Below are positions 1 to 7,648 of a DNA stretch of 40,079 bases, in pieces. Both the position numbers and the translations under genes were made by a program. The first letter of the stretch is position 1. The number at the start of each line of letters is the position of its first letter. The stretch is taken from positions 1 through 40,079 of the IMG/VR virus record IMGVR_UViG_3300032290_001007, one strand, 5' to 3'. Under the pieces are notes generated by a model. It worked only from the letters and a program-made list of their open reading frames with translations. It did not search any database and had not been told where the DNA came from. The DNA is from a virus (lineage: Duplodnaviria > Caudoviricetes).

Positions 1-336
1 AAACGGCGAAGAGAAGATAACCGCATCCGCCGTCGCCGCCGTATCGCGGATGAACTTGGCGGCGTTGAATTGGTCCACGTCCCATGTGTAGGCCGAGCCG
101 ACGTAGAGGAGGTGGCCCACGGTCGAAGTTGGCGAGGTGCCGTCCCAGCGAACGCGGACGTTGGAGGTCTGCACGTCGAAGACCACGACCGAGTTGTTGT
201 TTACGGCGGACGACCCCGTGTAGCCGGTCGGCGAGACTGCGGCGGTGCTGACGGTGAGGGACTGGCTGGCGGTCTCGGTGCCGTCCGAGTTCATTGCCCG
301 CTTCGGGAAGGCGACGTAACGATTTGAAGTTGCCAT
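1..336 (-). CDS. Virion structural protein (runs off window start)
   Basis: Read by hand (not in the ORF track): ATG at 336, open to position 1: MATSNRYVAFPK...VFDVQTSNVRVRWDGTSPTSTVGHLLYVG...AAKFIR. Ser/Thr-rich and beta-rich, downstream of the tail gene. Confidence 0.6.
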   Translation of the reverse strand, partial: MATSNRYVAFPKRAMNSDGTETASQSLTVSTAAVSPTGYTGSSAVNNNSVVVFDVQTSNVRVRWDGTSPTSTVGHLLYVGSAYTWDVDQFNAAKFIRDTAATADAVIFSSPF

Positions 337-354
337 GGTGATTGGTGGTTAAAG

Positions 355-1683
355 TTAGTAAGCCGGGCGCGAAGTGAGGTGGGTCGCTACTTTCATCGGC
401 GACATTACTGCCATCTGTCGCTCACACTTGTCGAGTTGGTCCCCCATCTTGGTCTCCGCGATGCCGTATACCGCCTGCGCCTTGTCAAGCTGGCCATCGC
501 TGATCAGCCAGTCGCCAAACGCCTGGTAGATGCAAAACTGGAGAAACGTATCAAACAAGGTGATCACTTCCCAGCTATTGGGAGTCGTCGTGGGCGATTG
601 CCCCGCGGTGGTCGCCACGATGCACTTGTAAAAGTCCCCGTAACCGTCCGCCGCCGTAAAGTAAACCTGCTGATCAACCGAGTAGGTCAGTGTCGCGTCA
701 AACACGTCGCCCGTGAACTGCGGGCACGTCTTGCGGTAGTAGATGTAGATCGGGTTGCTTGGCGGCGCACCGTAGAGGTTATTTTGCGCTACGCCATTTT
801 GGTAGGAAACGTATTGGTAAGGCGTCCCGTTAATGATCTGCACCCCCAGCGGCGTGATGTTGTAACCGAACTGCGACGGGTAATTGTTGGCGAACGGGCT
901 GCACGGCCAGACGTTGAACACCACGTCAATCTCCGCCTCGCCGGCCTGCGTCCACGGCAGCACCAAGTCCTGAACCGGCGTGTTGCTCGTCTGCTGCACC
1001 AACGCGCCCCAGAAGTAGGCTCCCTTGGATGTGTCGCCCGCGTAGGACAGCGTAGTGCCATCGGTCGAAAGCTGGAGCGTGTAGCTGCCCGACGTGGTGG
1101 CCGCAGCGTTGGCCGTGAACGTGGCTTGGCAGAGCCAAAAGCCGTTCGGCTGCTGCGCGATGGTCGTGGAGCTAAAGTTGGTGGCGGTGCCTACGGTGCC
1201 GGTGGACGTGTTGAAAAACGCCGTGTAGGTCGTGACGCCATCGGTCACGGACAGGTATTGCCACGCGCGTCCGTTGGGCCGGGCGTAGAACGAGACGGTG
1301 TAGCTGGTGTTGGGGTAGAACGTGGTGAGCGTCTGGACGACCTTGTGCGCCGAGTTGGCCACGGTCTCCATCAGCTTCGTCGCGGTCGTGTTGCCGTCCG
1401 CGGGGTTGGGGATGCTGTTTGCGGTCGCCGTGATGGCGCTTTGGGACCAGTAGGAGGTGTTGGCTAGGTTGTTCGGGTAACTGAGCCGATTGCCAAGGAA
1501 ACGGGCCTCGCCGTAGGGACTGACCTCGATCCACGGCGCGTCGTCATACATCGACTGGATGGCGGTGTTGAAGCAAGAATTAAAAACAGCCGCGATTTCG
1601 GTCGTGATTCGATCAGACGGAATACCTACTAACGCAGCAATTTGCGTTAGAAAAGTTGAATAGTGGCTAGCTAGTCTTGACAA
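355..1683 (-). CDS. Tail tubular/head-tail adaptor-like protein with inserted beta-sandwich and CBM-like modules
   Basis: Helical N- and C-termini (FNTAIQSMYDDAPW; FLQFCIYQAFGDWLISDGQLDKAQ) surround a jelly-roll-like insert (YTVSFYARPNG...NGFWLCQATF...YFWGALVQ) and a CBM5/12-like motif (FDATLTYSVDQQV...YKCIVAT...SPTTTPNSW). Lies downstream of the capsid genes. TTG start is uncertain. Confidence 0.6.
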   Translation of the reverse strand: MSRLASHYSTFLTQIAALVGIPSDRITTEIAAVFNSCFNTAIQSMYDDAPWIEVSPYGEARFLGNRLSYPNNLANTSYWSQSAITATANSIPNPADGNTTATKLMETVANSAHKVVQTLTTFYPNTSYTVSFYARPNGRAWQYLSVTDGVTTYTAFFNTSTGTVGTATNFSSTTIAQQPNGFWLCQATFTANAAATTSGSYTLQLSTDGTTLSYAGDTSKGAYFWGALVQQTSNTPVQDLVLPWTQAGEAEIDVVFNVWPCSPFANNYPSQFGYNITPLGVQIINGTPYQYVSYQNGVAQNNLYGAPPSNPIYIYYRKTCPQFTGDVFDATLTYSVDQQVYFTAADGYGDFYKCIVATTAGQSPTTTPNSWEVITLFDTFLQFCIYQAFGDWLISDGQLDKAQAVYGIAETKMGDQLDKCERQMAVMSPMKVATHLTSRPAY

Positions 1684-1712
1684 GATGTTTAAATGGTTGA
1701 GACTAACCGATT
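1677..1712 (+). promoter_or_regulatory. Putative promoter for antisense free-standing HNH gene
   Basis: TTGACA at 1677-1682 begins 36 nt before ATG 1713, the same geometry as other promoters in this window. Confidence 0.5.
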
Positions 1713-2285
1713 ATGGAATGGCGAGAAATACCCGGAATTGACCCCTGCTACGAAGTTAGCGACGAAGGCCATGTAAGGTCTTGCGCTCTTTACCGAGGGA
1801 GCTGCGAATGGCGAATGCTCGCGTTCTGGACGCTCCCGCATGGCTACCAAACCGTGATGATTGCGAAGAACAAGAGATTCGTTCGTCAACTCGTTCATCG
1901 ACTTGTTGCTAAAGCGTTCATACCAAACCCCGGCAATCTTGCGGAGGTAAATCACAGGGATTGTGATAAAAAGAATAATCACGCCACGAACCTTGAATGG
2001 TGCTCTAAGACCCAAAACAACAGACACGCAATGGAGAATGGTCGCATAGGCATTGGAGAGCGCGGCAGCACCGCAAAACTTTCCGATGCTCAGGTTCAGG
2101 AAATAAGAACCCTTGTCTTTGAGCGAGGAATCCCGCAGAGAAAAGTGGCCTTCATGTTTAGCGTGTCCCCTGCGCTCGTGTGCCTTATAGCCAACGGATA
2201 CAGGTCCGGCAATGCCCACGTAAAGTATACCGAGTGCAGGCGAGGGGATGGACCGAAATGGGATCATCGCAAGATCGTGACCTAG
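1713..2285 (+). CDS. Free-standing HNH homing endonuclease (NUMOD4-like + HNH + C-terminal HTH)
   Basis: MEWREIPGIDPCYEVSDEGHVRS (NUMOD4-like); LVHRLVAKAFIPNPGNLAEVNHRDCDKKNNHATNLEWCSKTQNNRHA (HNH); KLSDAQVQEIR...QRKVAFMFSVSPALV (HTH). Antisense to the late operon. Confidence 0.9.
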   Translation: MEWREIPGIDPCYEVSDEGHVRSCALYRGSCEWRMLAFWTLPHGYQTVMIAKNKRFVRQLVHRLVAKAFIPNPGNLAEVNHRDCDKKNNHATNLEWCSKTQNNRHAMENGRIGIGERGSTAKLSDAQVQEIRTLVFERGIPQRKVAFMFSVSPALVCLIANGYRSGNAHVKYTECRRGDGPKWDHRKIVT

Positions 2286-2458
2286 CACTTCCCGCCGTTG
2301 CAGGTCTTTTTCATGTGACTGAGCATCGCCTCGGGCGACTTGTGCTCGGGGCGGCAACAGTCGGCCTTGGACTCCGCGCCCTTGGACGTGTTGACGGTCG
2401 GAGCCGGGGCCTTGATGTCGGCGGGGGCGCAGCAGGAGGTGGGTGGGTTGGTGGCCAT
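2282..2458 (-). CDS. Small Cys-rich protein (58 aa)
   Basis: Read by hand, below the ORF-track cutoff: MATNPPTSCCAPADIKAPAPTVNTSKGAESKADCCRPEHKSPEAMLSHMKKTCNGGKC. ccATG start and GC3-rich codons like the core genes. Confidence 0.6.
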   Translation of the reverse strand: MATNPPTSCCAPADIKAPAPTVNTSKGAESKADCCRPEHKSPEAMLSHMKKTCNGGKC

Positions 2459-2463
2459 GGGAT

Positions 2464-3180
2464 TTAGAGTGATGCGCTGTCGATGCTTAGTGCGGAACGG
2501 ATTTCGGATTCAACCTCAATGTGATTGAGCGGAAGCGTGTCGTGCTTTTCCATATTTTTGACAGCGGCCATCAATCTCAGATTCCTCCAGTTAAAACAAA
2601 TTCGCTGATGAGACTCATTTTTGAAGTCGAAATAACTGCAAGGGATGTGGTGGTCAACGTGGTGATCCTTCGGGAGAAGCATTGATCCATTTGTGAGTAT
2701 TTTTAGCGCCTGCTCTCCGGTGCATCCGAGCAGGAAAACCATTCTTCCTTTTGCGCCAGTCCTCTCGCCATTCAGAATTTTCCTTATGCGAACGCGCGTG
2801 ATGTGCTTAAAATGAGCGACCTCATTCGTCTTAAGCCTTTGCATCATCTTCGCTGTCGTGATCTTCCTGTTTTCTGGATCGTTATGCCATTTCTTTGAAT
2901 AGCCGATCACCCTCTCTCTGTTTTTTCTATAATACTCGGCGCGGTATTGCTTGGTCTTTTCGGGGTTATCCCTTGCCCTCGCCCTCTGTTTTTCGGTCCA
3001 GCATTCTCGGCAGTAACAACCAAGAATCTTGCCGCGCTTCCGAGAGTTTAGTGTATAAAATTCGGAACTACTCTTGACCTGATTGCAACGACGGCACTTT
3101 TTTTCTGAGCGCGAAATGTCCTGAGCGTAATCAGCGCGCCATGTGCTCCTGCCATCAATCGTGATCGTATTCGTTATCAC
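2464..3180 (-). CDS. Zn-finger HNH-family endonuclease (putative homing endonuclease)
   Basis: N-terminal KKCRRC...SEFY...CYCREC zinc ribbon; C-terminal HVDHHIPCSYFDF...CFNWRNLRLM...N.EK HNH-like motif. Visibly more AT-rich than the flanking genes. Confidence 0.8.
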   Translation of the reverse strand: MITNTITIDGRSTWRADYAQDISRSEKKCRRCNQVKSSSEFYTLNSRKRGKILGCYCRECWTEKQRARARDNPEKTKQYRAEYYRKNRERVIGYSKKWHNDPENRKITTAKMMQRLKTNEVAHFKHITRVRIRKILNGERTGAKGRMVFLLGCTGEQALKILTNGSMLLPKDHHVDHHIPCSYFDFKNESHQRICFNWRNLRLMAAVKNMEKHDTLPLNHIEVESEIRSALSIDSASL

Positions 3181-3566
3181 TGAAGTATCTTTGGTCCTTG
3201 TCCGGTAGGAACGCCACCAACAAATGTGATCCCATGCCTCAAATCAGCTTTTCGGCCAGGATTGTAGCCGGGTGCGCACAGGAATTTGTTGTCCTTAAGG
3301 AGGTCTTCAAGCCACCCTTCGTGGTGCCCGAACGCCTGCATTGCCCTGAAATACAGTCGGCGGTCAATGACCGCGATGCGTTGGCCCAGCGTGTCGATTT
3401 GCGTGGAGCCAACCTGCTTCATAATGCGCCCAATCTTCTCCTGCCGCAACTGGGCCTTCACCTTCTCGGCCGGCACCCGCCCGCGAATCTCCGCCTCGAA
3501 CTCATCGAGGAACTGCTGGGGCAAGCCCGTGATAAGTTCACCGTCTCCCATTGCGACCAAGGACAT
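3177..3566 (-). CDS. Hypothetical protein (post-capsid position)
   Basis: 129-aa ORF whose stop overlaps the next gene's start. Confidence 0.6.
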   Translation of the reverse strand: MSLVAMGDGELITGLPQQFLDEFEAEIRGRVPAEKVKAQLRQEKIGRIMKQVGSTQIDTLGQRIAVIDRRLYFRAMQAFGHHEGWLEDLLKDNKFLCAPGYNPGRKADLRHGITFVGGVPTGQGPKILQ

Positions 3567-3603
3567 AGGTAAAGCGCCTGACTGTTGCTGTGCGTGCTAA
3601 CGT

Positions 3604-3646
3604 GCCCGACTACGGGCGTGCTTAGTTGGCCCGACTACGGGCGTGC
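3604..3646. repeat. Two 18-bp direct repeats GCCCGACTACGGGCGTGC, each containing a hairpin
   Basis: Copies at 3604-3621 and 3629-3646. Each contains GCCCG-ACTA-CGGGC. A partial third copy (GCGTGCT) is at 3592-3598. Confidence 0.9.
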
Positions 3647-3692
3647 AAAAGTAAAGGCAGGGCCGGTGATTAGCCGGCCCTGCCATATTTTT
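3647..3692 (-). terminator. Rho-independent terminator after the capsid/decoration genes (possibly bidirectional)
   Basis: 11-bp stem GGCAGGGCCGG (3656-3666)/CCGGCCCTGCC (3674-3684), followed by TTTACTTTT on the minus strand and ATATTTTT on the plus strand. Confidence 0.85.
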
Positions 3693-4161
3693 ACGGCAGG
3701 GTCGCCGTGTCCTTAATTTTGAGGTAGATGTCCAGCGCGCCCGCCGTCAGGCCCGCCAAACCGCCCGTGCCAGCCGCCGTGAAGACCGCGACCGTGCTGA
3801 GGGCCGTGACGCCGTTCAAATTGGTCGAAACCGCCACGCCGGACGCCTGCGGAACCCACGCCGCCGTGAGGATGCTAGTGCTGGCGATGGCGGCGTTGAC
3901 CGTGGTGGTCGTGCCCACAGTGACGGTCGCGGCCGTGATGCCCGCGAACGCTGTGCGGATATTGACGCCCGCCTTATCGACATACCACTTGGTCGGCGTG
4001 TTGCCGAGGACGATGGTGCCGGTGTCCGAGGCGCCCGTGCCTGCGGTAACGAGGTCGCCGTAGAGCACGGTGGCCTTGTAGTTGAAACCCGTGGCCGCTT
4101 GTTCCTGCTCGGAGAGCGGGGTGACGCGGGCGGGGTTGATGGTGATGTTTGTGTTAGCCAT
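3691..4161 (-). CDS. Capsid decoration/cement-like structural protein
   Basis: 156 aa, Ala/Thr/Gly-rich and beta-rich, between the major capsid gene and its terminator. Confidence 0.6.
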   Translation of the reverse strand: MANTNITINPARVTPLSEQEQAATGFNYKATVLYGDLVTAGTGASDTGTIVLGNTPTKWYVDKAGVNIRTAFAGITAATVTVGTTTTVNAAIASTSILTAAWVPQASGVAVSTNLNGVTALSTVAVFTAAGTGGLAGLTAGALDIYLKIKDTATLP

Positions 4162-4200
4162 GGTAGGTTGTTCCTTTGTTGGTTGTTGTTACGATGGCTA

Positions 4201-5205
4201 TTAGCTGGACGCGTTGAACTTGCCGAGACCGCGCGGGTTCTTGACCATGAGGAGGAGCGCAGTCTGAACGAGACCGCGGCGACCGCCACCTTGGTTCTCC
4301 AACTCCATCGAATCCACGCCGAGCATGGTGCCGATGCCGACAAGGGCCGGGTCGATGACGTAGCCGCGGGCCATCTGCTGATTGGTGGTGGTCGTAACCG
4401 CCGCACCATCAGCAAGGCCGTTGAACATGTCAGGGATCATCGTGACCGTGTGGAAGCTACCCTTGTAGATCGCCACTTCGAGGTCGATGCGGTTCGCAGT
4501 CGCGTCCTGGTTCACCATGTAGCTCTTGGCCGTCGTGGTGCCCTCTTGGCGCTGGAACTGATTGATCGCCGTGATAAGCGACGGACCAGCGAACAGGCTG
4601 TAGGACCGACGCCCGCCGTTCTGGGTGAAGATTGAGCGGAAGACGCCGTTGAACAGCGTTTCGGTCAAGCTCGCCGTGGCGGTGGCGTTGATGTTGCCGC
4701 TCGGGGTCAGAAACAGCGTCGGGACCGGGTTGGTCGTCTGCGCCGTGCTGCTGATCCACGAACCGAGGCCGCGGGTCTTGTAGGGCGCGAGGCCGGTGTC
4801 GGCCTGCATGTCGTTATCGGAGCCGACCGCGGCTTCGATGGAGCGTTTAAGCTCACGCATGGCCTTGACCTTGCTGTTCGCAACTTCGCCGTCGGTGCCG
4901 GCCGGATCGGACGCTTCTTGGAGGTCCGAGACCATCCATGGGCGCCAGAACTTCTGGATGTAGTTGCCGAACCGGGCGCGGTTCTGGGCTTCGTTGTTGA
5001 ATGCCGCCACGTCAGCGCCTTCAAGGACGCCGGCAAAATCGACATTGGCGAGGGTATCAGCCTGCCATGTTTGATAGGTGTTCGTGACCTTGGTGGTCTT
5101 GGCGAACGTGGACGTTTTGGGAGTATCCTCGGGTTCGAGAATAGTGAGGAAGTTGGTGAGCGCTTCGCGGTCACCGGAGACGTTGTAGGAGGTGGCTAGA
5201 GCCAT
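4201..5205 (-). CDS. Major capsid protein (SU10/DUF5309-like, HK97 fold)
   Basis: Start reassigned to ATG 5205 (MALATSYNVSGDREALTNFLTILEPEDTP). Motifs WQADTL, EGAD, RFGNYIQKF, KAMRELKRSIE, TRGLGSWI. 334 aa, directly after the scaffold gene. Confidence 0.85.
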   Translation of the reverse strand: MALATSYNVSGDREALTNFLTILEPEDTPKTSTFAKTTKVTNTYQTWQADTLANVDFAGVLEGADVAAFNNEAQNRARFGNYIQKFWRPWMVSDLQEASDPAGTDGEVANSKVKAMRELKRSIEAAVGSDNDMQADTGLAPYKTRGLGSWISSTAQTTNPVPTLFLTPSGNINATATASLTETLFNGVFRSIFTQNGGRRSYSLFAGPSLITAINQFQRQEGTTTAKSYMVNQDATANRIDLEVAIYKGSFHTVTMIPDMFNGLADGAAVTTTTNQQMARGYVIDPALVGIGTMLGVDSMELENQGGGRRGLVQTALLLMVKNPRGLGKFNASS

Positions 5206-5209
5206 GGAA

Positions 5210-6400
5210 TTATCGAGTTTTGCGTAACTGTGAGCTTTTGAGTAAGAGGCCCACCGCATCATCCGAAGTAATCCCGCCCTTCGCCGACAATTTCGCTGAC
5301 TCCGCTGCAATCTGCTGCCGCTCGGCTGAACCGATGGGCGCCCGTGGTGCTGCACCTGAAGCCGATGTCGCGGTTTGGTCCGCGGCGGGCTTAGGCTTGA
5401 CGACCGCAACCGGCTTCTTGGCGGGGGCCGCTTTGGCAGCGTCCTCGGCCTCAACCGCCTTCGCGCCTTTGACGAGCACGCCTAGAATCCACTCCGCATT
5501 AGGCATCGCCATGAGGGCGGCATACTGCGGGTTGCGACGGCCTTGTTCGGCCATCTGGTATTCCGGCGTCTGCTTGTCCGTCAGGAACGGGAAGCGGGCG
5601 TGAGCTTGTTGCGTAATCTGCTGCTTGGCGGCGATCCACTGGGCGCGCTGGGGAATGTGATCCTCCAACGTGCGGCGGGCCTCGCGCAACTTGCGCTTCA
5701 GGTCTACCTCAGTGAACAGCGCCTCCCCGATTTTGTGGACCTTAATCTGGCGGTCCTCATCCTTCGGGTCGGTCATCGTCTGCCATTGGCTCGTGTCGTC
5801 CAGCACGTCCTCAATGTAACGTGCGGCCTCTTTGGCAGTGCTCTGGATTTCGCCCAACTTGGCGATGTCCATCACGTCGCCCAACGGCATGTTTGGCGTT
5901 GGGGCCACGACCAGCGGAGCCTGGGGCATAACGGGAGCTGCGACCTTGGCCTCAAGTTCGGCCACTTTGGCGGCGAGTTCGGCCTTTTGGGCTTCCATCG
6001 CCTTGGTCTTGGCAACTTCCTTTCCGATGCGCTTGTTGAGCAGCTTTTGTTGCTCGGGAGTGAATGAAATTGTCTGAGAAGGAACAGAATCGGCCTCTTC
6101 CTCGGTTGCCTCGGGCGCGGCCTCTGTCGTCTCGGCGGCGGTCTCGGCTTCTTCGGCGGGGGCGGTCTCTTCGGAAGCTGCTGGAGCTTCTGCTGCTGGA
6201 GGTGTCATGGTCAGGTCCGGGGCGATTACCTCGGGGGCAGTATCTTCCGCAGCTTGGCGAGCCGGCTGTTTCGATGCTTTCTCGGCTTTCGCCATAAGGA
6301 GCACCGCTGCCTGACCCGTCTCGATATTGCCCGACCCTTGCACTTGCGCATCACCTTTTTTTGCGGCCGGCGAAGTGGCCTCGATATTTTCTGGCGGCAT
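5210..6400 (-). CDS. Capsid scaffolding protein
   Basis: Acidic Ala/Glu/Pro-rich N-terminus and coiled coil (KRIGKEVAKTKAMEAQKAELAAKVAELEAK). Sits between portal and capsid genes. Confidence 0.75.
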   Translation of the reverse strand: MPPENIEATSPAAKKGDAQVQGSGNIETGQAAVLLMAKAEKASKQPARQAAEDTAPEVIAPDLTMTPPAAEAPAASEETAPAEEAETAAETTEAAPEATEEEADSVPSQTISFTPEQQKLLNKRIGKEVAKTKAMEAQKAELAAKVAELEAKVAAPVMPQAPLVVAPTPNMPLGDVMDIAKLGEIQSTAKEAARYIEDVLDDTSQWQTMTDPKDEDRQIKVHKIGEALFTEVDLKRKLREARRTLEDHIPQRAQWIAAKQQITQQAHARFPFLTDKQTPEYQMAEQGRRNPQYAALMAMPNAEWILGVLVKGAKAVEAEDAAKAAPAKKPVAVVKPKPAADQTATSASGAAPRAPIGSAERQQIAAESAKLSAKGGITSDDAVGLLLKSSQLRKTR

Positions 6401-6466
6401 GTTTTACGAACAAGAACGTGCTTACATCCTAACGCGCGGCGTCATTGCCGTGTGGCAATGGGACTA

Positions 6467-6569
6467 ATCGTGCATTTTGCATTGTCAATGATAGAGTCGT
6501 GCAAAGTGCAATACCTAGGCCATTGGAAATGGTTAGCCAATGGCGGGCGTATCGTGCATTTTGCACGAT
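6467..6569. promoter_or_regulatory. Cluster of ATCGTGCA-N3-TGCACGAT operator-like palindromes upstream of scaffold/capsid
   Basis: Perfect 8-3-8 palindrome at 6551-6569, degenerate copies at 6467-6481 and 6497-6510, and minus-strand TTGACA at 6483-6488. Confidence 0.65.
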
Positions 6570-6609
6570 TGGGGGCGCGAAAGGGCCGCGCTGGGTGGGC
6601 GCGGCTAGA

Positions 6610-6807
6610 TTACTCAGCAGATCGCATCAACTCCTGCACCTCGCCACCGCGCTTCTGATAGGCATACGTCATGTTCACGCCATGCTCATCTTTGCCTAGG
6701 CCATCTTCTGCGAGGTCAAAGAGGAAGCTGACGAGCGCGACGCGCAGTGTCATGGCTTGCGAGGTCGTCAGTTCGGTGCCGTTGATTGTGATGCGGGGTT
6801 CGTTCAT
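6610..6807 (-). CDS. Hypothetical protein
   Basis: MNEPRITINGTELTTSQAMTLRVAL...; packed against the upstream gene. Confidence 0.6.
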   Translation of the reverse strand: MNEPRITINGTELTTSQAMTLRVALVSFLFDLAEDGLGKDEHGVNMTYAYQKRGGEVQELMRSAE

Positions 6808-6808
6808 G

Positions 6809-7135
6809 TTAGTCGCGCCCTCCGTTAAGTCGCGCAATTATCTGGCGCAGTTCCGCAAGCATGATCTGCCGGTCCGCGTCGAAGTATTCCACCAGTGGAA
6901 CGTCAAAGGCTTTACCGGCCTCGTCCAACTTGCGAAAGAACGAGTTCGCCATGTCCTTGTAAGCCTGCTCGTAGGTCTCCGCGACCGCTTTCCAGTCGGT
7001 GTATTCGATGGGCACGGGCTGACGCCAGTGGCACTTCGGGCAATCGACCGTATGCAGGATATGGCGCAGCGACGGAAGCTCTGTTACGCTCGTGCAGGCC
7101 ATGAGGGCTATTTTTTCGTGGCGGTGCATGGTCAC
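6809..7135 (-). CDS. Hypothetical protein (CPKC motif)
   Basis: 108-aa ORF with stop/start overlap to the upstream gene. Confidence 0.55.
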   Translation of the reverse strand: MTMHRHEKIALMACTSVTELPSLRHILHTVDCPKCHWRQPVPIEYTDWKAVAETYEQAYKDMANSFFRKLDEAGKAFDVPLVEYFDADRQIMLAELRQIIARLNGGRD

Positions 7136-7395
7136 GCCTCTACCCTCTGCGCCGCCATCGCCACCGCCTCGTCATACGTGCGGATGATGGCGCGGTAGGC
7201 CGCAATTTCCCCGATGCAGGCCGTCGTTGCCCGCTCGTTGCCGATCACGGCGCCGTCCGTCAGGTTATCAACCGCGGTCATTTGGCACTCGCGCACCGTT
7301 TCGATGAAATCGGCAAAGCGCGTGTCGCGCGCAAGACCGATGAGGGAGGACTGGATTTTCTTCTGACGGTTTAGCTGGGCTTCGGCGAGGGTCAT
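7132..7395 (-). CDS. Small helical protein typical of the post-portal position
   Basis: 87 aa (FADFIETVREC...IGEIAAYRAII), near the portal. Confidence 0.6.
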   Translation of the reverse strand: MTLAEAQLNRQKKIQSSLIGLARDTRFADFIETVRECQMTAVDNLTDGAVIGNERATTACIGEIAAYRAIIRTYDEAVAMAAQRVEA

Positions 7396-7398
7396 AAA

Positions 7399-7611
7399 TT
7401 ATTCAGGTTGGCGCTGCCAATACGATGCGACGGAAAGCATTTGAATAGTGCCGTGCTTGGCGAGCTGCTGCGTGACGGATTGGCCTGTCGCTTCAAGCGC
7501 CCGCTCACGGGCCATGCTGCGAGCCACGCCTTCGATCAGTCCGCGATTGCAGCGCGCTTCTTTTTTCACCGCGCGCATGGCGGCTTTGAGATCGGCTGCG
7601 CTGGGTGTCAT
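7399..7611 (-). CDS. Hypothetical protein
   Basis: 70-aa ORF with minus-strand TTGACA 34 nt upstream of the ATG. Confidence 0.5.
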   Translation of the reverse strand: MTPSAADLKAAMRAVKKEARCNRGLIEGVARSMARERALEATGQSVTQQLAKHGTIQMLSVASYWQRQPE

Positions 7612-7648
7612 GCCGTAGCAGTAGTCTCGCGGAGCGGGATGTCAAGCA

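Noticed and set aside
379-1467. Long antisense ORFs over core genes (also 7751-8584, 25993-26868, 36623-37597, 38707-39531)
   Set aside because: No motifs; typical shadows of GC3-rich genes.
1689-2357. 222-aa minus-strand ORF antisense to the free-standing HNH, reachable by a -1 shift at G_AAA_AAG in the Cys-rich gene
   Set aside because: It is codon-aligned with the HNH, a register often open by chance. It has no recognisable motifs and the slippery site is non-canonical. Treated as a shadow ORF, unlike the offset frame in the intein.
3604-3646. Possible mini CRISPR array
   Set aside because: Only two 18-bp copies with a 7-bp spacer, and no cas genes.
5206-5454. N-terminal extension of the capsid ORF given by the track
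   Set aside because: It overlaps the scaffold gene in another frame and is low-complexity. The real start is likely ATG 5205. No slippery site was noticed to support a scaffold-capsid fusion.
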